Assembly: GCF_964355755.1 (NCBI RefSeq)
Contig: NC_092676.1
Location: forward strand, 22,400,871-22,464,870
Reading direction: 5' to 3'
From: Antedon mediterranea
Lineage: Eukaryota > Animalia > Echinodermata
DNA: 64,000 nt
In this document: positions 1-13,839 of the stretch, piece by piece
Layout of the letters: the number at the start of each line of letters is the position of its first letter
How positions within the stretch are numbered: position 1 is the stretch's first letter
The notes under the pieces: generated by a model
Database searches by the model: none
Told to the model about the DNA's origin: nothing
The model's input: the letters and a program-made list of their open reading frames with translations, nothing else
Program-made: the position numbers and the translations under genes

Positions 1-3000
1 ATCCCATCGGTTGCATTGGTGGCCTAGGTGCAGGCATCATAGGTGGCTTAGGAGGTGCAGGTAAGTGCTTTAGCATTCCCATCGGCCTGGTCATGGTATG
101 CATTGGTGTTTTCTGGAATGGCTTGGCAGGTCCAATCTTCTCCTTCTCTGCATCAGGCCTAGAAAATACAAACAATTGGTTTTGATCATTAGTCATAATA
201 TCTATACATTGTGTCTACAATTCAAGGTAGAAAAACCACAGGGTTCTGACCAGACGAGTAAACACTCGTGGGGCCGTTGAGAGGCCGAACGGCAGAGCTA
301 CGAATTGGTATACCTGATCGTGAATGCGAAGGCGCAGCCTACTCTGATCTTGTTGCGCAATAGGTACGTGAAAGCAAGCGTCTCTCAAGTCTATTGTGGC
401 TGTCCAGTCTTAGCCCCGACAGGATAGATGAGACAGTCTCCATCCTGAACCTGCGGGGCTGGATGTATCGCTTGTTCAGACTTTACAACATGATATTCCA
501 AAAAGTATGGATTTCAGAATACATTTGACATGTATGAAAAGGATTGTGACCTTTTGAATTCTGGGTTAGTAATAACATACTTTTACAATTACATATCTAT
601 GTAAATTTTTGTCTGTTTTTTTACGTATCTATGTAAAGCGCCTTTTTCATGAAAAGGACGCTATATAAATGTGGTATATTATTATTATTAACTACTTACA
701 GAAATCCTTCTGCTTTTTGATTGGCCGCAATTTGATCTCCCACGGTTATGTTTGCATGTGCCTTTCTAGTTGTTGCTTCCATACTGTTATAAAAATTTTT
801 TTTTAAAATTAACTAATATACAAAGAATGAACAGAACAAAGACAGTACATTTTATCCATGAGCCTAGAGCATCACAAATCAACAATTAAGCCAAACATGC
901 AATGTTTCCCTTAATGCATGGCACAGGAAATCTAATAACCAATCAAATGACAAGAATATCTTTAGGTGTGTTGCAATAGTGATATATGATTGACTAAGAA
1001 TGGATTCAATTTTAATGTGTTTATCATACCTTGCGGAGTGTCCATCCCAAATGACCTTATCTTTATTAGCCGAATCTTGCTCCTCTTCTCCAATCTATCA
1101 AAGGCAAAAAAGAGGAATTGATGTTAACCTTTTAATTAAGATTCTTTTTTTAACAGGCCTTTTGTATTTAAAATGTAGCCAAACATCAGTCTAAGGCATC
1201 AGAAAAAGTTTAGCTCTGTATCTACGAACCTTTTTACCGATTTGCGTCTCAACATCGCCAACACCAAAGATATCAGTACGTCTCTCTGCCAAGTTCTTGA
1301 GATGGTCTTTCATGGCGTCACCGTGAGCAAACACATCATGTTTCTCTGTTTTCTCCTGCATCTGTCGGTCACGTTGTTCGATCCATCTTGGATCCAACAT
1401 ACCTAATAATTTGTATTTTATATCATAATTTAATATTACAACTTAGAAATATCATATCATATAATTTATAATTAAAGATATATTGTCCCCCTGAAAAAAA
1501 TAATTACAAAAATTATAAATATAAGTCCTAAAATAATTGTTTTTAACGTATAACTGCGTAATATCTTACCAATTTTCATATGTTGCGCCATTTTGTCGGC
1601 TGGAATCTTCTCTCCAGTGAGTGGCGACACTAACCATGTCTCATCACTGGCATCAATTTGTTTAGGGGCTAGAAATATTTATAAAAAAATAATTAAAGTA
1701 TGATATGCGTTTTATTTATTTTACATGCAAACAAAAAAATATTGTGTAGTTAGTATACAAATAATGAATGTTGGATGGTGAGAATATTTCATGAGTAATT
1801 GACCAATCCAATTGCAAGAATACAATCAGGTGTGTAATAATAAAAAATAGTTAAATACTGAACTGGGTATAACCTCACCTCCAAATTTGAAATAATTTAG
1901 ATACAACCTGATGTAAAGGTGTGATATTAGGGTAAACCCTATATTCCTCAAATTTCAGGTTTAAACTTAATATGTATTAAACTTGAGTTAGTACATTACA
2001 ATTACACTCGCATATAGCTATTAACTTGTGTTATTAATTCTGTTTGCACCGACAATTTTTTTATGTTAATTATTGTAAGAAAGATAAGGCGCATTTTAAG
2101 AACGATTTTTGTATTAACCACGGTATTTGTGACAGTGTGAAATTTGTATTATTTACTAACAATTTAGATAGCATATACAGATTATCATTGTCATTTTAAA
2201 TATGTTTATATTTTACATTGATTTTATATGTTGTACAAAACTGCTTCTCCTTCTGGAGGTTTTATGAAATAAATAAAAAAAAATATTCTTTAAATCAATA
2301 AGGTACAAATTTAAATAACTTTCTCAGATACAGACTACAAAACACCCAGTGCACCAATAGGAAGACTAAGGGGATTACCCCGTAGTTTTTTGGACAGACA
2401 AATAATAGCAGTTTGGATCCTCAGGGGAGATAGATATTATGTTGTTTGTGCATTTCAACACCTGTGTGCAATTCAGTAGGATGAAAGTCACAGGTTATTC
2501 TCTCACAGCATCCTGTAGTATCTTATTTTATGAACTTTAAAATAACGTTGTCTGATTCAGTATGAATAACAATAAATATTACATTTTTATATTTAAACAC
2601 TGTTATTTACTCTACGACAGTTTTGCCAGAGGAACTTTAATTTGTATAGTAAACTTTGATTAAATGTGGATTAGTGTTTTCTACTTGAAAGTTGACAATA
2701 AACCTGTGTCAATTGAATTCATACTAAAGAGTGGATTTTCACAGTTCTATAAATAGATACAGGTTTCTTAAACCAGGATATGAACTATTATTATGATTCT
2801 CTATGGGTAAATCAAAATCAACACAATGCTGTGCCAACTGTCATTGTGGAATAGAAACCAACACGCAATAGTGAAAGAAGGAACAAGGAAGTGTATCTTA
2901 CATAATGTAAAATTCTTACCAGTAGTTAAACCTACTTGGAATATATTGAAATAGTCATTATAATACTACACTACTAAAAGCATTGGTTAGTTCACACATG

Positions 3001-6000
3001 TTGGTGTTGCTATGCAATCAAATGATTGTATACTTTTTACGTGTTCATATTTAAACTAAAGAAAAGGAAGAAAGAAGATATAACAGAGAGATATATTCTA
3101 GAAAAAAAAGACGAAAATGTAAGCCATAAGACACTACACAACTAAATGGATTTGATAGAGTTAAAGGTATTTAATGGGGATGGCAGATTAGTGGACACAG
3201 GTGAAACTAACCAGTACAATCAAGTTGCTTCTAGCAGAGAATGTAAAAAGGTAATGTATACAGTATAAGGGCCAATGTAAAATTATTATTATTTATACTG
3301 AAGTTATTACAGGGACTACACATTATTTACTCTAAACTTTTTTTTTTTTTTTGGCAATTAATCGGGAACAATCTTATTTGTAATATCTGTATTTATCTGT
3401 ATAAACTTCTCGGTACTGTAGCTAGATTTCTCCAGTACCAATTTTATTTCGGAACAAGTCAATATCAACAATACAAATAAATAGTTGCATAAAGAGATTC
3501 TGAACAAGGTTGGAAAAGTAGTGTAAAAAGAGATTATTATAAATATAGTATTTGTGTCCATTTTATATACAGTTTTGAATCTTTAAGCATTCAAGAATTA
3601 ACACAAGTTATAAGTTAGTGAATTGCAACTATTGTAAATCTTAGTTTTAAAACTAAAGATAAAATTACGAAATGTACTCATAAAAGGAGGGACTATGGTT
3701 CTCCACAAACATTGCACCATATTCGGGAACATGTGTTTCACATGTATCCTCTAGGATTATAGACAATAACCTAACCTTACATGATATAGCCATCACATGT
3801 GATACAAATGGGATGCTGTATTACCAAATATTCCTATAATACTGGAAAAATATTGTATTATGTGGAGATACAGCATTGAGAATCTATGTCAGGATAATTA
3901 ATAGTAAACAATAATATAGCCTGTCAACATTTTTGGATTCAACAACTTTTTTTATGTTTTAACTTTTGATTAATAAATTTCTGTAATTATTCAAGATGAC
4001 CCATTTTTCTTAAGGCGTCAATGTTGAATCGCTTAAAGCCCACACATTTAAGATTCAAACAATTGAATAAAAGTATCACTTAAAAAAAAAAGAACTTGGA
4101 AATAAGAATACCTTTAGGATTGTAATCTTTCCTGATCTCCACTTCTTCGGGCTGTGGCGGAAGTGGAGGTGGCATTGGTGTGTTCTCGCTGGGTAAAGCA
4201 GGCATTGGGGGCATCATTGGAGGTGGTACCGGAGCTGGAAGCTGATCCTCATCATCACTGCTTTCTTCCATATCAGAATCCTATTAGAAAACAATTAAAT
4301 GCAATATAATCTTGATCCTATTGTTTAATTAATGAGCTTTGGTTGAATAAGTAAGTAGTTAAGTATGCGAACTGATGACAAAGAGAAGATAGCATTCAAA
4401 ATCAATACTTCTTTTTGAAGTAACTTAAAGTTATATATAACACATACTGTTAAAGTGAAGTGTTTTGATATCATAATTTACCATACCAGTCAACTCACTC
4501 TTCTAAAATAATTCTGTTTTACTCTTTATAATTACAAACAAAGAATATATATCACAAGAATGAGTAATCCGCGATTTTCCCTGTAACAGTAATATTGTCC
4601 ATGTGGTAAGGCGCCGCCATAAGTGTGGATGTATCTGGGATGTATACAACTTTTTGTGACGGTTTCAATAATCAAAGGCTAGACCACCGGTAGTATTTTC
4701 ATGATAAAAAATGTTATCAACTACATGCCAAGATCATGTTAAATACTATTTGGATATTTAATTGTTCGTTTTATGCAATTTATTTAGTAAAAACTGCCGT
4801 TAAACAGTTTGCTTTATCAACCGGGCGCTACGATAGCGTGACCGGGCGTGTTGGTGTTTACGCGTTTTCACGAAGGATAGTTTAATAATATTCCTCTATT
4901 TAACTTGTTTCTGGTAAAACAAATAAATGTTAATGACATTTAACATTTTGTCCTATTAATAACATGTATTTTATACTAATTTATATCATAAAAACAATAC
5001 TTAATTTACCGGGCGTAGAGTAGTACACGGCAATGGTAAAGAATAGGCCGTGCTGAGTAACGATTTGTTGATTTTTGGTATTGCTGTGTTAGGCCTTTTT
5101 TGTGAACTAACTTAGCATGTTAGTAAATAATTGTCTGTAAAAGTGAATGTACACTAGTTTGTTAATAAATATGTATTATAAAATAGTTTACAATTGCAAA
5201 AACTATTATCATAATTCTATTTAATGTGACATGTATAATATCTATTAAATCAAGTCTTATTTAGTATGTATACATCCGCCCTTATGAGGGCGGGCATCAC
5301 TCACTGGAGCTCTCTGTTACAAATTTCTCATGCAAAAATCGCGGAATACTCATTCTTGTGATATATATTCCTTGTTACAAACCAAACTTTCTGGGAAAAC
5401 CCAGCATTATTAAACTTACGCCTTCGTCCATGTCTTGAAGTTCAGTGTTCTGATCCGTAGGAGCCTGGGGCTGTTTGTCCTTCTGTGCTGATTTCTCCTT
5501 TGACCTCTTACTGTCCTTACCATCATCTTCTCCATCACTCTCAACATCCATAACGACATCATCTTCCTCATGCAAAGCCTCCTACAAAAAGAGTAATACA
5601 ATAATTTATATATACAGACATTAACCTCCATTGCTATTCATTTACTTCTGTGTTTGATATATTAAAATTTTTCCTTTCACAATTTGTTTTGTTTTATATT
5701 TATACTGGGCAACCTCTTCAGTCAAAGACTGGTCTTCCAGAGGGCTAGTTGGTGATCAGTGGCTTTGATGTACTAATAAACCGGGGTAACCCCCTTCTCA
5801 TCTCAAAAGATGTACTAGGTTCTTTAAAGTGCACACGAGCTAATTGTGTACACTGGACCTACGGTTTATAGTCCTTATTCGAGAAGACTCGTTCTACCAC
5901 CAGAACCCTGGAGTGAGTGAGCCTCGAACCCCTGCCGATGTTATGGTTACGTAATTACGGTCCTACTGTCTTAACTGCTCGGCCACTCAACGGCACTATT

Positions 6001-9000
6001 ATACCACAAAGTTTCTCACACTTTTGCACAAGCTTAAAGGGGGATTCTGGGTTTAAAATTGCTTTTAAATATCGTTTATTTATTAAATAAAAAATATTAT
6101 AACAATATAGACATGTCAGAATGAAGAAGTAATAACGAGAAATTAAAAAAATTAAATTTCATATACATTTTAGGGTAAATTCATGGAAAGTCTGTTTTTC
6201 AGCAGCTTAGGGAAGCTCATTAATATTCATGAGATATTCACAAAATCACGTCATCAGTGGATTCCAAACTCGCGACGTCAAGCTTGTACGTTGTGTTCTC
6301 TCTCCTCTGTCAAACGACGACCACCCAATCATTGTGAAATATATTTTTTGTAGATTTCCTAAGCTAGGCCTAAAGTGTAATAATAACAGTAGTAGCATAT
6401 ATTTATTTGACATTTAATGAAATACAAAATTTAGTACAGATTACGGAGTCATAAATTATACTATTTTTATACCTCGAATTAATAGTACAGATCGTATATC
6501 GGCTTCACGTACTAGGCTAGGCCTAGCCTAAATCATTTTATTCATGCCGGGGTGAGAGCCATTTCTGACTAGGGATTCCATGCCACGATGGCTACGTTAA
6601 AACATTGGGGCCATCATTCATGGGCCTAGCTAGCCTATTACTAAACGATTGGCCCATCAATAACAGAACTCAGTGGATTCCAAACCCATCCTATCAACCA
6701 AACTCCTAAACAATCTAAACCTAAAACGTTCTACAAAAATCGGCTGTAAATATTGAGGCAAAACAAGGTCCGATCGCCGTCCGCACGTATGGTGTCCCGA
6801 TCGTCTAATAAGTAGGCCTAGTTTACTCTCCAAAAAAGCGGATACTGCATCAAGCAAGTAGACCGGTAGTAGGAAGGAGACCTAGCCTAGCCTAGCCGAT
6901 CCGGCCCAGTTAAAAATTGAGCTAGCTAGTGTAGTAGACCCTATGCGAATTGATACTACTAGGCCTTTTACTATAGGCTACACTTGTTAAAATTAGCAAT
7001 ACTGTACTTATGTTTACAAATATTCCAACTCTCTCATTCGAGCTATATTATCTATACCATTCCGGTAGGTTGAGTCGACCTTCAATCAAATACTGTACAT
7101 CGTTCATGTTGTGATTATAGACGGGGTATACTCGACCCAACCAGTTTGGTATTGTATACTGTATCTGCTTATCACGTGACGATGTCAGGCATGGGCAGAG
7201 AGAGCACGTGTATCGTCGTCTCGCTCTCCTCGCTCAGCAGGAATGTATACGTTACGCTTCATTGATTTTGAAGGCTTTCCCTAAGTCAGTGCGAAAATCG
7301 GCAAACGTAAAGTGCAAACTTATCTAATTTTTCACTGTTTTGATGGATTTTCATAGAATATTGACTTTATAAATGGGAAGACCGACTAAAATTACATCAG
7401 ATAAGTATAATTTTACAAAAGTAATTGATATGGTTAATGATAACAAGTCGTCGGAAGATTGACCATTTCACGAATTTCCTATTCTGTAACCACAGTGTGA
7501 TTTTGCTGCACTTGTAATCTGGCCTCATTTCACAGCCTTCGTTCTGCTTCACTGGGCGCTTATATAAATTGAAACTTTTACCGTTCAAGAGACAAACAAA
7601 TATATTTTACATTTTTTACTATTCATTTTAAACCCGGAACCCCCCTTTAAGCCTGTGCACAGAGGGATTTCTCTAGTGACAAATTGTGAAAAGTTCATAA
7701 TAGTACAATTAGTAATATTATTCGTAACATCTCTTTCTACATCATAAAATAATTCATCAGATTTGAAAAGAACACAAGACGCAATTAATAAATTTTACAA
7801 TAATTATGACTGATAAAAAAAATAAAATCAATGCTCATTTACAAAACACATTCAGACTAAATTCAAACACAATACTTTGGTAAACCAATTGTAAATGCAA
7901 TATGTGGATAGCCAACTGCCTAATTTTCACTATATAATAATAATTTTAATATATATCATATAATGAATACATATTTATGAATAGGAATCTTACCCCAAAC
8001 TGTTCATATCGCTCCTCTGCAATCACCCTAGCCCCCACCTCAGATGGCTTCACTGGTGGTGGGAAATGGCCTGGTTCATCTGGCTGGAAATCAACTGTTT
8101 CCACAACAACAAAGTCATGCCAATCAATCTGGGCATATGCAACTGAAAACAATAAATAAAATTAGTGATAAATAACTGATAAATACTTTAGTTTTTCAAT
8201 CTGTGGATGCTATTGGAGTGCACAATTTAGGACAACGAATGCTGGATGATGTCTTGATCTAATGTCAGAACACAAACCTGTCAAATGACACTAATTATGT
8301 CTTTCACAAAGTTAAAAAGGTTGTTTATCAGTCTAGTTTGGTACACTACCACCACTTTAGTGTTAGTGGAGCTGTAGCTTGGTGGTTAACATGCTTGCCT
8401 TCCAATCCCAAGGTCTACGGTTCAATTATGACCTAGTGCCAGGTTTGTAACTCACGACTATTTCAACTCTATTCCCTAAACCTCAAATAATACTTAGTTT
8501 ATAAGCACAATAAATTATAAAATTGTACTCACTGTTGGATGCGTATGAAATAAAAAAAATCGTTTTTGACAAAAATGTAAAGCACTTCCTTACCCCTCTC
8601 CCTCTCTTTTTCTTCCTCCTCCTTCTTGCGCTGTCGTTCTTGGTAACGTGCCCATTCTACACGATGCTTTACTTGTTCCATTACATTCTTTGGGTTTTCA
8701 GATTCCTTTCTTAGTTTTATAAGTACATCTTTTGGAGGAATTAAAACCTTGTACAAGAAATAAAAACACAATTAATAAAAAAATTTAGAACTATCTAGTT
8801 GTGTTGTGACATAAAAGATAATCCTTAAAAAGTATTACACAACAACCGACTAAAGGCCTGTTTCTATTAAGCAAGAGAATATGGTTTAAACCAATTTAAA
8901 AGAGGAGGGAAGAGGTTCAGAACAGATGGGTCCTTTGGAAAAAAAACCTAAAAAAGAACCAATCGTAAACAGTTTTAAAAAACCCCAAAACCAGTCATGA

Positions 9001-12000
9001 TCGTCAAAAACCAGTTTCTGGTGACAATCTTTAGCTGCAATGCAACGATCTCAATTTTACCTCACTTCACTGAATGTTGTAAAGATTTTACTACTAGTTA
9101 TAGATAATAGATAGATAATATTACATAGCCTATGTAAATACGCGAACGTGATTGGTTAAAACTGCATCACATGACTTCCGCTGCAAGGTTCGTAAATCGT
9201 ATATATCCTCGACAATGATGATATTGACTGAGTAATTTTCGCGTAATTATCGTGTCCCTGTCACTAATCATATAAATTCTCTAGTACGATGATATTGACT
9301 GTGTAATTTTCGTGTGGCAACACTCGCGTTTGCCGATAAATAAACAAAAGTCATCTACTGGGTCTTGAACTCGCGATGAAATTGTCACTCCATCACAAGC
9401 CAACGCTTCATGCCCTGCGCCACGGAACTTGATTGACGAAATTAGTCATCTAAACTATTTAAACTATGCATATATACCGCCCTCATTTATTTTTAGTCCT
9501 CCCTAGATGTGATGAAACATCGTTTGTGATTGGTTAATACTCACAGTAGTAACGGGTACGCACGCGACGCACTGAATATCTGGTGATTATTTATTCGGCC
9601 TACCTGATAATATTAGTATTATTAATGTAGGCTTATTGATGGAAATTCTTCTGTTATTATTTAAACTACCTAGGCTAGTGAATATGTTATTGTCAAGGAA
9701 TCATTAATTAGTAATTATCTGTATATTATTCTTCGAAAGGTAAGGTGTCTGGGCAGCTTGTTTACATACAATACAAAAAGGAGGCCTAGCCTAGCTACCC
9801 GACCGAGCAGATATTCTACTTGTTGTTGGCTATGTAATATAACAGATATCGCCTTTTATATCGGTAAAATATAAGATTAGACATCCCCTCGGGAATGATA
9901 TTAAGTTCTTGGGAATTATATATTTCCCTCAGCTGGCGCTTCGGGAAACATATATTCCCTCGAACATAATATCATTCCCTCCGGGATGTCTAATCTTGTA
10001 TTTAACCTCTAAGCAGTCAATATCTGTATAATAATGACCCCAATTTCAGTATAGTATACAGTCAATGTGAATTACCTTTGTATATTGTTCAACCAGCTTT
10101 GTAAAATAGTTAAACATGCTGTGTTGTGGCCTCAAAAAATCGAACAAGTAGTTCCTTTGCTCCTTGTTCATCAGAGTGGTCAAAAACTGACGTCCATTAC
10201 GAGCCACAAACTGAGCGGTCAATTTTACGATGTCACTATACAATTAAACAAAAATTAGTTTTATATTTTGATGATGCAAAGAAAAATGTATGGAAAATTC
10301 TTTAGAGAGAGTTGGTCATGCCACAAAAAAAGCCTTTATGGTACAAATATGTTTTAGGCCTGTGGATTATAGTAGTATGATTCATATGCATATCATTCAT
10401 TTTAAATACTTGGTACAATTAATGGTATGTCAATAGGGTTTAGGGGTTGTTTATTAATGAAGTCAATAATCCAACAACATGACCAACATTACTAAGCCAG
10501 CTTGGTAGGAAATATTTTCTTTATACCTAGGGACTAAAAAAAAACATGGACTAGGAATTCAAATGTTTTATCTATATAGTTCATATTGTTCGTTTATGGC
10601 AAAAACAAATTCATTCTTTTTCTAATATACTATATAACCATAGATTTCAACTTTAGGCCTTTAGACTAGGTTTTTTGACAGCTAGGCCTAGTGATCAAAC
10701 AGTTTTATTCTGCACTCGGATTTAAAATTAATGTAGGATGTTGAGATCGAAGTACTGTACATCATTTTGCACTGAAATTTATTAAAAGTACTGATAGGAG
10801 TTGGTCTTATATCCAGGAGTGGCCTTATACCCGAGGAGAGGCTTATAACAGCATCAGTAAGGTACTTACAGTTCAAAAGCTGATATAGACGGTGGATCAG
10901 CTGTGAATTCCCATTCTGCAGGCGATTCTTTGGGGACAGTAGGCTCAACTACTTGTTGTACTGTCTTGGACAAGATAGGAGCAATCTAGAAAAATAATAA
11001 CAGAACAATTATCACATTGAAATTCTGGAGTGCTGATTATTTGGGAGCAATATTAATATGCTCAACCAACTAAAAAAGAAAATGCTAAAATACAATGCTA
11101 AAATGCCAGTGCCTATATTTGTATTGTATCATTTTTAAAAAGTCCACTTGTTTCACAGGATTTTTACCGAAATTCTTTACACTTGTGTTGAAAAAATGTA
11201 TATATACTATTAAATACTTGCACTGATAAAAGGCTAGTGTTGCCAGAAAGCTCTGCTAATTTTACTGGCTGTTTTACATTATCGTTTTGATTTAGCTTTT
11301 CGCTTTTTTTTTTGCATCTCCATTGAGATCCCGCCACTGATATCCACAGCATTGTCATTTTTACAGTAATTTGCCTTTGGTTTAATATATATCCTATTTA
11401 ATTGGGATGGGGATGTTTCCTGAATAGGGATTGGCTGTAGAGTTAAACATATAGGGTGTTCCCTGAATAAGGGTGTCCAAAAGGAGACGTTCTAATGTAA
11501 AAATATTAAGAAATTTTATGGATTTACTATTAAATAATACAAACCAACCTTTGTGATAATTCCTGTCTGTTCTGCAGGTTTTCCTTCTTGGAATTCCTTA
11601 ACCTTGTGTTGATAATACGCATGATATGGATCTCCATTGTTGAGAAAGTTGAACTTTGCGTTAGATATTTCATTCTGACGAATACGTGATTCAAACTCAG
11701 GACCTAGGAAAAACAAACATTTTATGATTATATTATCATAACAAGGAATTGCACTGAATTTTGCTACTACAATGTTAAACCTTGGACCTAAAAACAAAAT
11801 CTTTCTAGAATGTTTATAATTATTATTTTATTTTTGTCAAAATTATATAAAAGTAAATGTAATAATAAACAAACTTACAATATGCATTATTATAAAACAG
11901 TTATTTTAAGGTTTAAATGGTGATGGAATGCATTAATTTAAATGAATCAATGTATTATGAATAAAGATATGTATTAATTAAATGAATACGGATACAGCAT

Positions 12001-13679
12001 AAAATCTGGTATGTACCTTTTCAATTTGAAGATAAATCATTGCTAATTAAGCATGGAGGTACCCTCTGTTAACTGAAATACTCAATTGAGACACTACTGT
12101 AGTATATACTCATGGAGAAATAAGTTATTTCTTATAACTTATTTCTCCATGATATACTCAAGTAAAGTTCCTGATTGAATATGCTGAATGTGTAATTATT
12201 CATTGATTTCTTTGGTCGTTCTGTTAACTATAATTATCTTTTTAATATATGTACTGTAGCAGAGCTTTGTTTCTTACTGTGGTATACTACCTTCAATATG
12301 TTATTTTATACATGTACTATTAACTTACCATTTCTTGCTACAAAACTGGCAGTCTTGTCAACAATATCTATAAAATTTACGTTTAAGAAAGACAACTTGG
12401 CTATACATTATTTAAAACATTGAACAATATGTAGTATCTGAACAAAACAAACCATACTGCTAAGATCAGGTAAATTGCTAAACCCTTCAAAATATCGAAT
12501 AAATCATAGTAATTCACATCTAAAGAAAATGTGATCTTGAGTCAAGTACACTTTAACAACTTACTGGGTAAATTAAAAAAGGATAATTCGAAATGGTAAA
12601 CATACTGTACACATCATATAATAATCATTCCATGTATGACATGAATGGGTAGTAGTGACATCTAGTAAAATTATGTACAGTATAAATATTAGTTAGGCTT
12701 ATCAGGTACAAAAAAAATGAAATGGGCTAGGCCTAGGCTATAATGTTGTAGGTTGGCATGGAACTAGGCCTAGGTTTTCAAGAGGCTAGGCCTTGGTGAA
12801 ATTTCTATTTTTAGAACTGCCGACCTTGGCTTCAATCCGGCCGCAATTCATTCCGGCCGCAGCTATGGAGCGCCCAATGAGTCTTTTACAACCGAGACAC
12901 GTTTTTTGTAGAGAATCAAAATAAACCTTAATTAGACGGATATTTGATTATTTGAAATAAATAAATTACTATTTTACATATTGTTATTAACTATAATTAG
13001 TAAGTATGGGTAAGATAAAGTGTTATCAAAATAAGGTTTTTAACTAGGCCCTAGGGCCTAATTGTTAATGTTAATGTAAAGCTATAAAATGTACATAGAA
13101 AGAAATTAAATATTGTTATTCAAGCATTAATTAGACGGGTATTTGATTATTTGAAAGGAAAAAGTTAAGTTAAGTTTAGTTTGAATAAAAAAGCAATTAA
13201 AATCGTTGCTAATAAATATTCAACTAGGCCTAGTTCCATTTAAATTCTTTTGGTCACCAAGAGAATTTGTTATAACACTGAACTGTATAGAAAACGTAGA
13301 TATGGGCGCTCCATAATTAACGGCCACTTTGCACAGGAAGTCGAATTGAATAGCGGCCGGAGTGCATAACATCGTGCTAAACTGATACGGCCGGAGTGAT
13401 CGGCTTCCCTACCTACTAGGCCCTAGGCCAAATTTAAATTTACGACTAAAGCATTTAATATCATAAAACGATCTAGAACTACTATACTAGACTTTAATAA
13501 TTAGGTCTAGCCCCAATAGGTCTAGGCCTAGGCCTAAATTATTTGTATGGAAGGATACTTCGAACTTCTGGTGGCGGGTAGATGATGCCAACCATTGGCT
13601 TGCTCGATTGGACTTCGCTTCCTTCTTCGTCATCTTGATTTGTCTCTTGATTAACTGACGATACGACTTCAACTGGCAT
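1..13679 (-). CDS. SF3A1: Splicing factor 3A subunit 1 (SF3a120/Prp21), multi-exon; 3' end lies outside the window
   Basis: Exons with GT-AG ends and consistent phases: 13679-13559 (MPVEVV..KPMVGIIYPPPEVR), 12367-12329 (NIVDKTASFVARN), 11703-11549 (GPEFESRIRQNE..DPYHAYYQHKV, SURP1), 10985-10870, 10235-10076 (DIVKLTAQFVARNGRQFL, SURP2), 8747-8594, 8142-7994 (AYAQIDWHDFVVVETVDF), 5581-5420, 4280-4112, 1668-1570 (LVSPLTGEKIP), 1402-1230 (LDPRW..LAERRTDIFG), 1094-1030 (VIWDGH), 783-700, 158-<1. The motifs match SF3A1 SURP and PRP21 domains. Confidence 0.97.
239..479 (-). mobile_element. DIRS1-like retrotransposon reverse transcriptase fragment (frameshifted relic) in an SF3A1 intron
   Basis: GC-rich island. 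The minus strand reads LNKRYIQPRRFRMETVSSILSGLR, then after a frameshift WTATIDLRDACFHVPIAQQDQSRLRLRIHDQVYQFVALPFGLSTAPRVFTRLVRTL. FRMET, IDLxDA.FHVPI and LPFGLSTAPRVFT are typical DIRS RT motifs. Confidence 0.85.
4539..5374. mobile_element. Non-autonomous TIR DNA transposon, P-element-like
   Basis: About 40-bp TIRs CAAAGAATATATATCACAAGAATGAGTA.. / ..TACTCATTCTTGTGATATATATTCCTTG, CA..TG termini, 7-bp TSD TTACAAA on both sides. Confidence 0.75.
5705..5991 (-). mobile_element. tRNA-derived SINE with a Deu/Nin-like central domain
   Basis: Minus strand has an A box (TGGCCGAGCAG), a B box (GGTTCGAGGC), a core TAAGGACTATAAACCGTAGGTCC and a LINE-like tail. Degenerate plus-strand copies lie at about 26195-26330 and 46705-46840. 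Confidence 0.7.
6038..7646. mobile_element. Non-autonomous Kolobok-like DNA transposon
   Basis: TIRs AGGGGGATTCTGGGTTTAAAAT / ATTTTAAACCCGGAACCCCCCT flanked by a TTAA TSD (6034-6037, 7647-7650). No coding capacity seen. Confidence 0.75.
8367..8445 (+). mobile_element. Degenerate tRNA-derived SINE head
   Basis: GGAGCTGTAGCTTGGTGGTTAAC..GGTTCAATT resembles A and B boxes, but no clean cloverleaf forms. Confidence 0.4.
9119..10033. mobile_element. Unclassified ~0.9-kb non-autonomous element with split inverted repeats, copy 1
   Basis: Highly similar to 32486-33402. The terminal TATTACATAGCC has an inverted copy at about 9828, followed by a ~190-bp terminal palindrome. Confidence 0.75.
12368..13558 (-). 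other. U12-type (minor spliceosome) GT-AG intron, first coding intron of SF3A1
   Basis: The 5' splice site is GTATCCTT, an exact U12 consensus. The 3' end reads TTTCTTAAAC-GTAAATTTTATAG: a U12-like branch site about 13 nt before AG, with no long pyrimidine tract. Confidence 0.85.
12813..13410. mobile_element. Degenerate MITE-like inverted-repeat element
   Basis: Inverted motifs TCCGGCCGC..TATGGAGCGCCCA at the left versus TGGGCGCTCCATA..GCGGCCGGA at the right. Ends are imprecise. Confidence 0.45.
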
Positions 13680-13839
13680 TTTTATTAATATTATAATTGC
13701 TACTATGTTAATTAATTACTATAGACAACTTCTACTGAAAACGTACCTGTTATTACCTTATTTTTAATCTTAAATTTAGACCTAAACTTCGCACATTTCA
13801 CGTCCGCCGTCCGATGATCAACACAAACTGCGACTTACA

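Noticed and set aside
1669-4111. Second possible U12 intron in SF3A1 (donor GTATTCTT)
   Set aside because: It mismatches the consensus at +5 and has no U12 branch motif near the acceptor, so it is treated as U2-type.
8367-8445. tRNA gene
   Set aside because: The acceptor and T stems do not pair properly. It is more consistent with a decayed SINE head.
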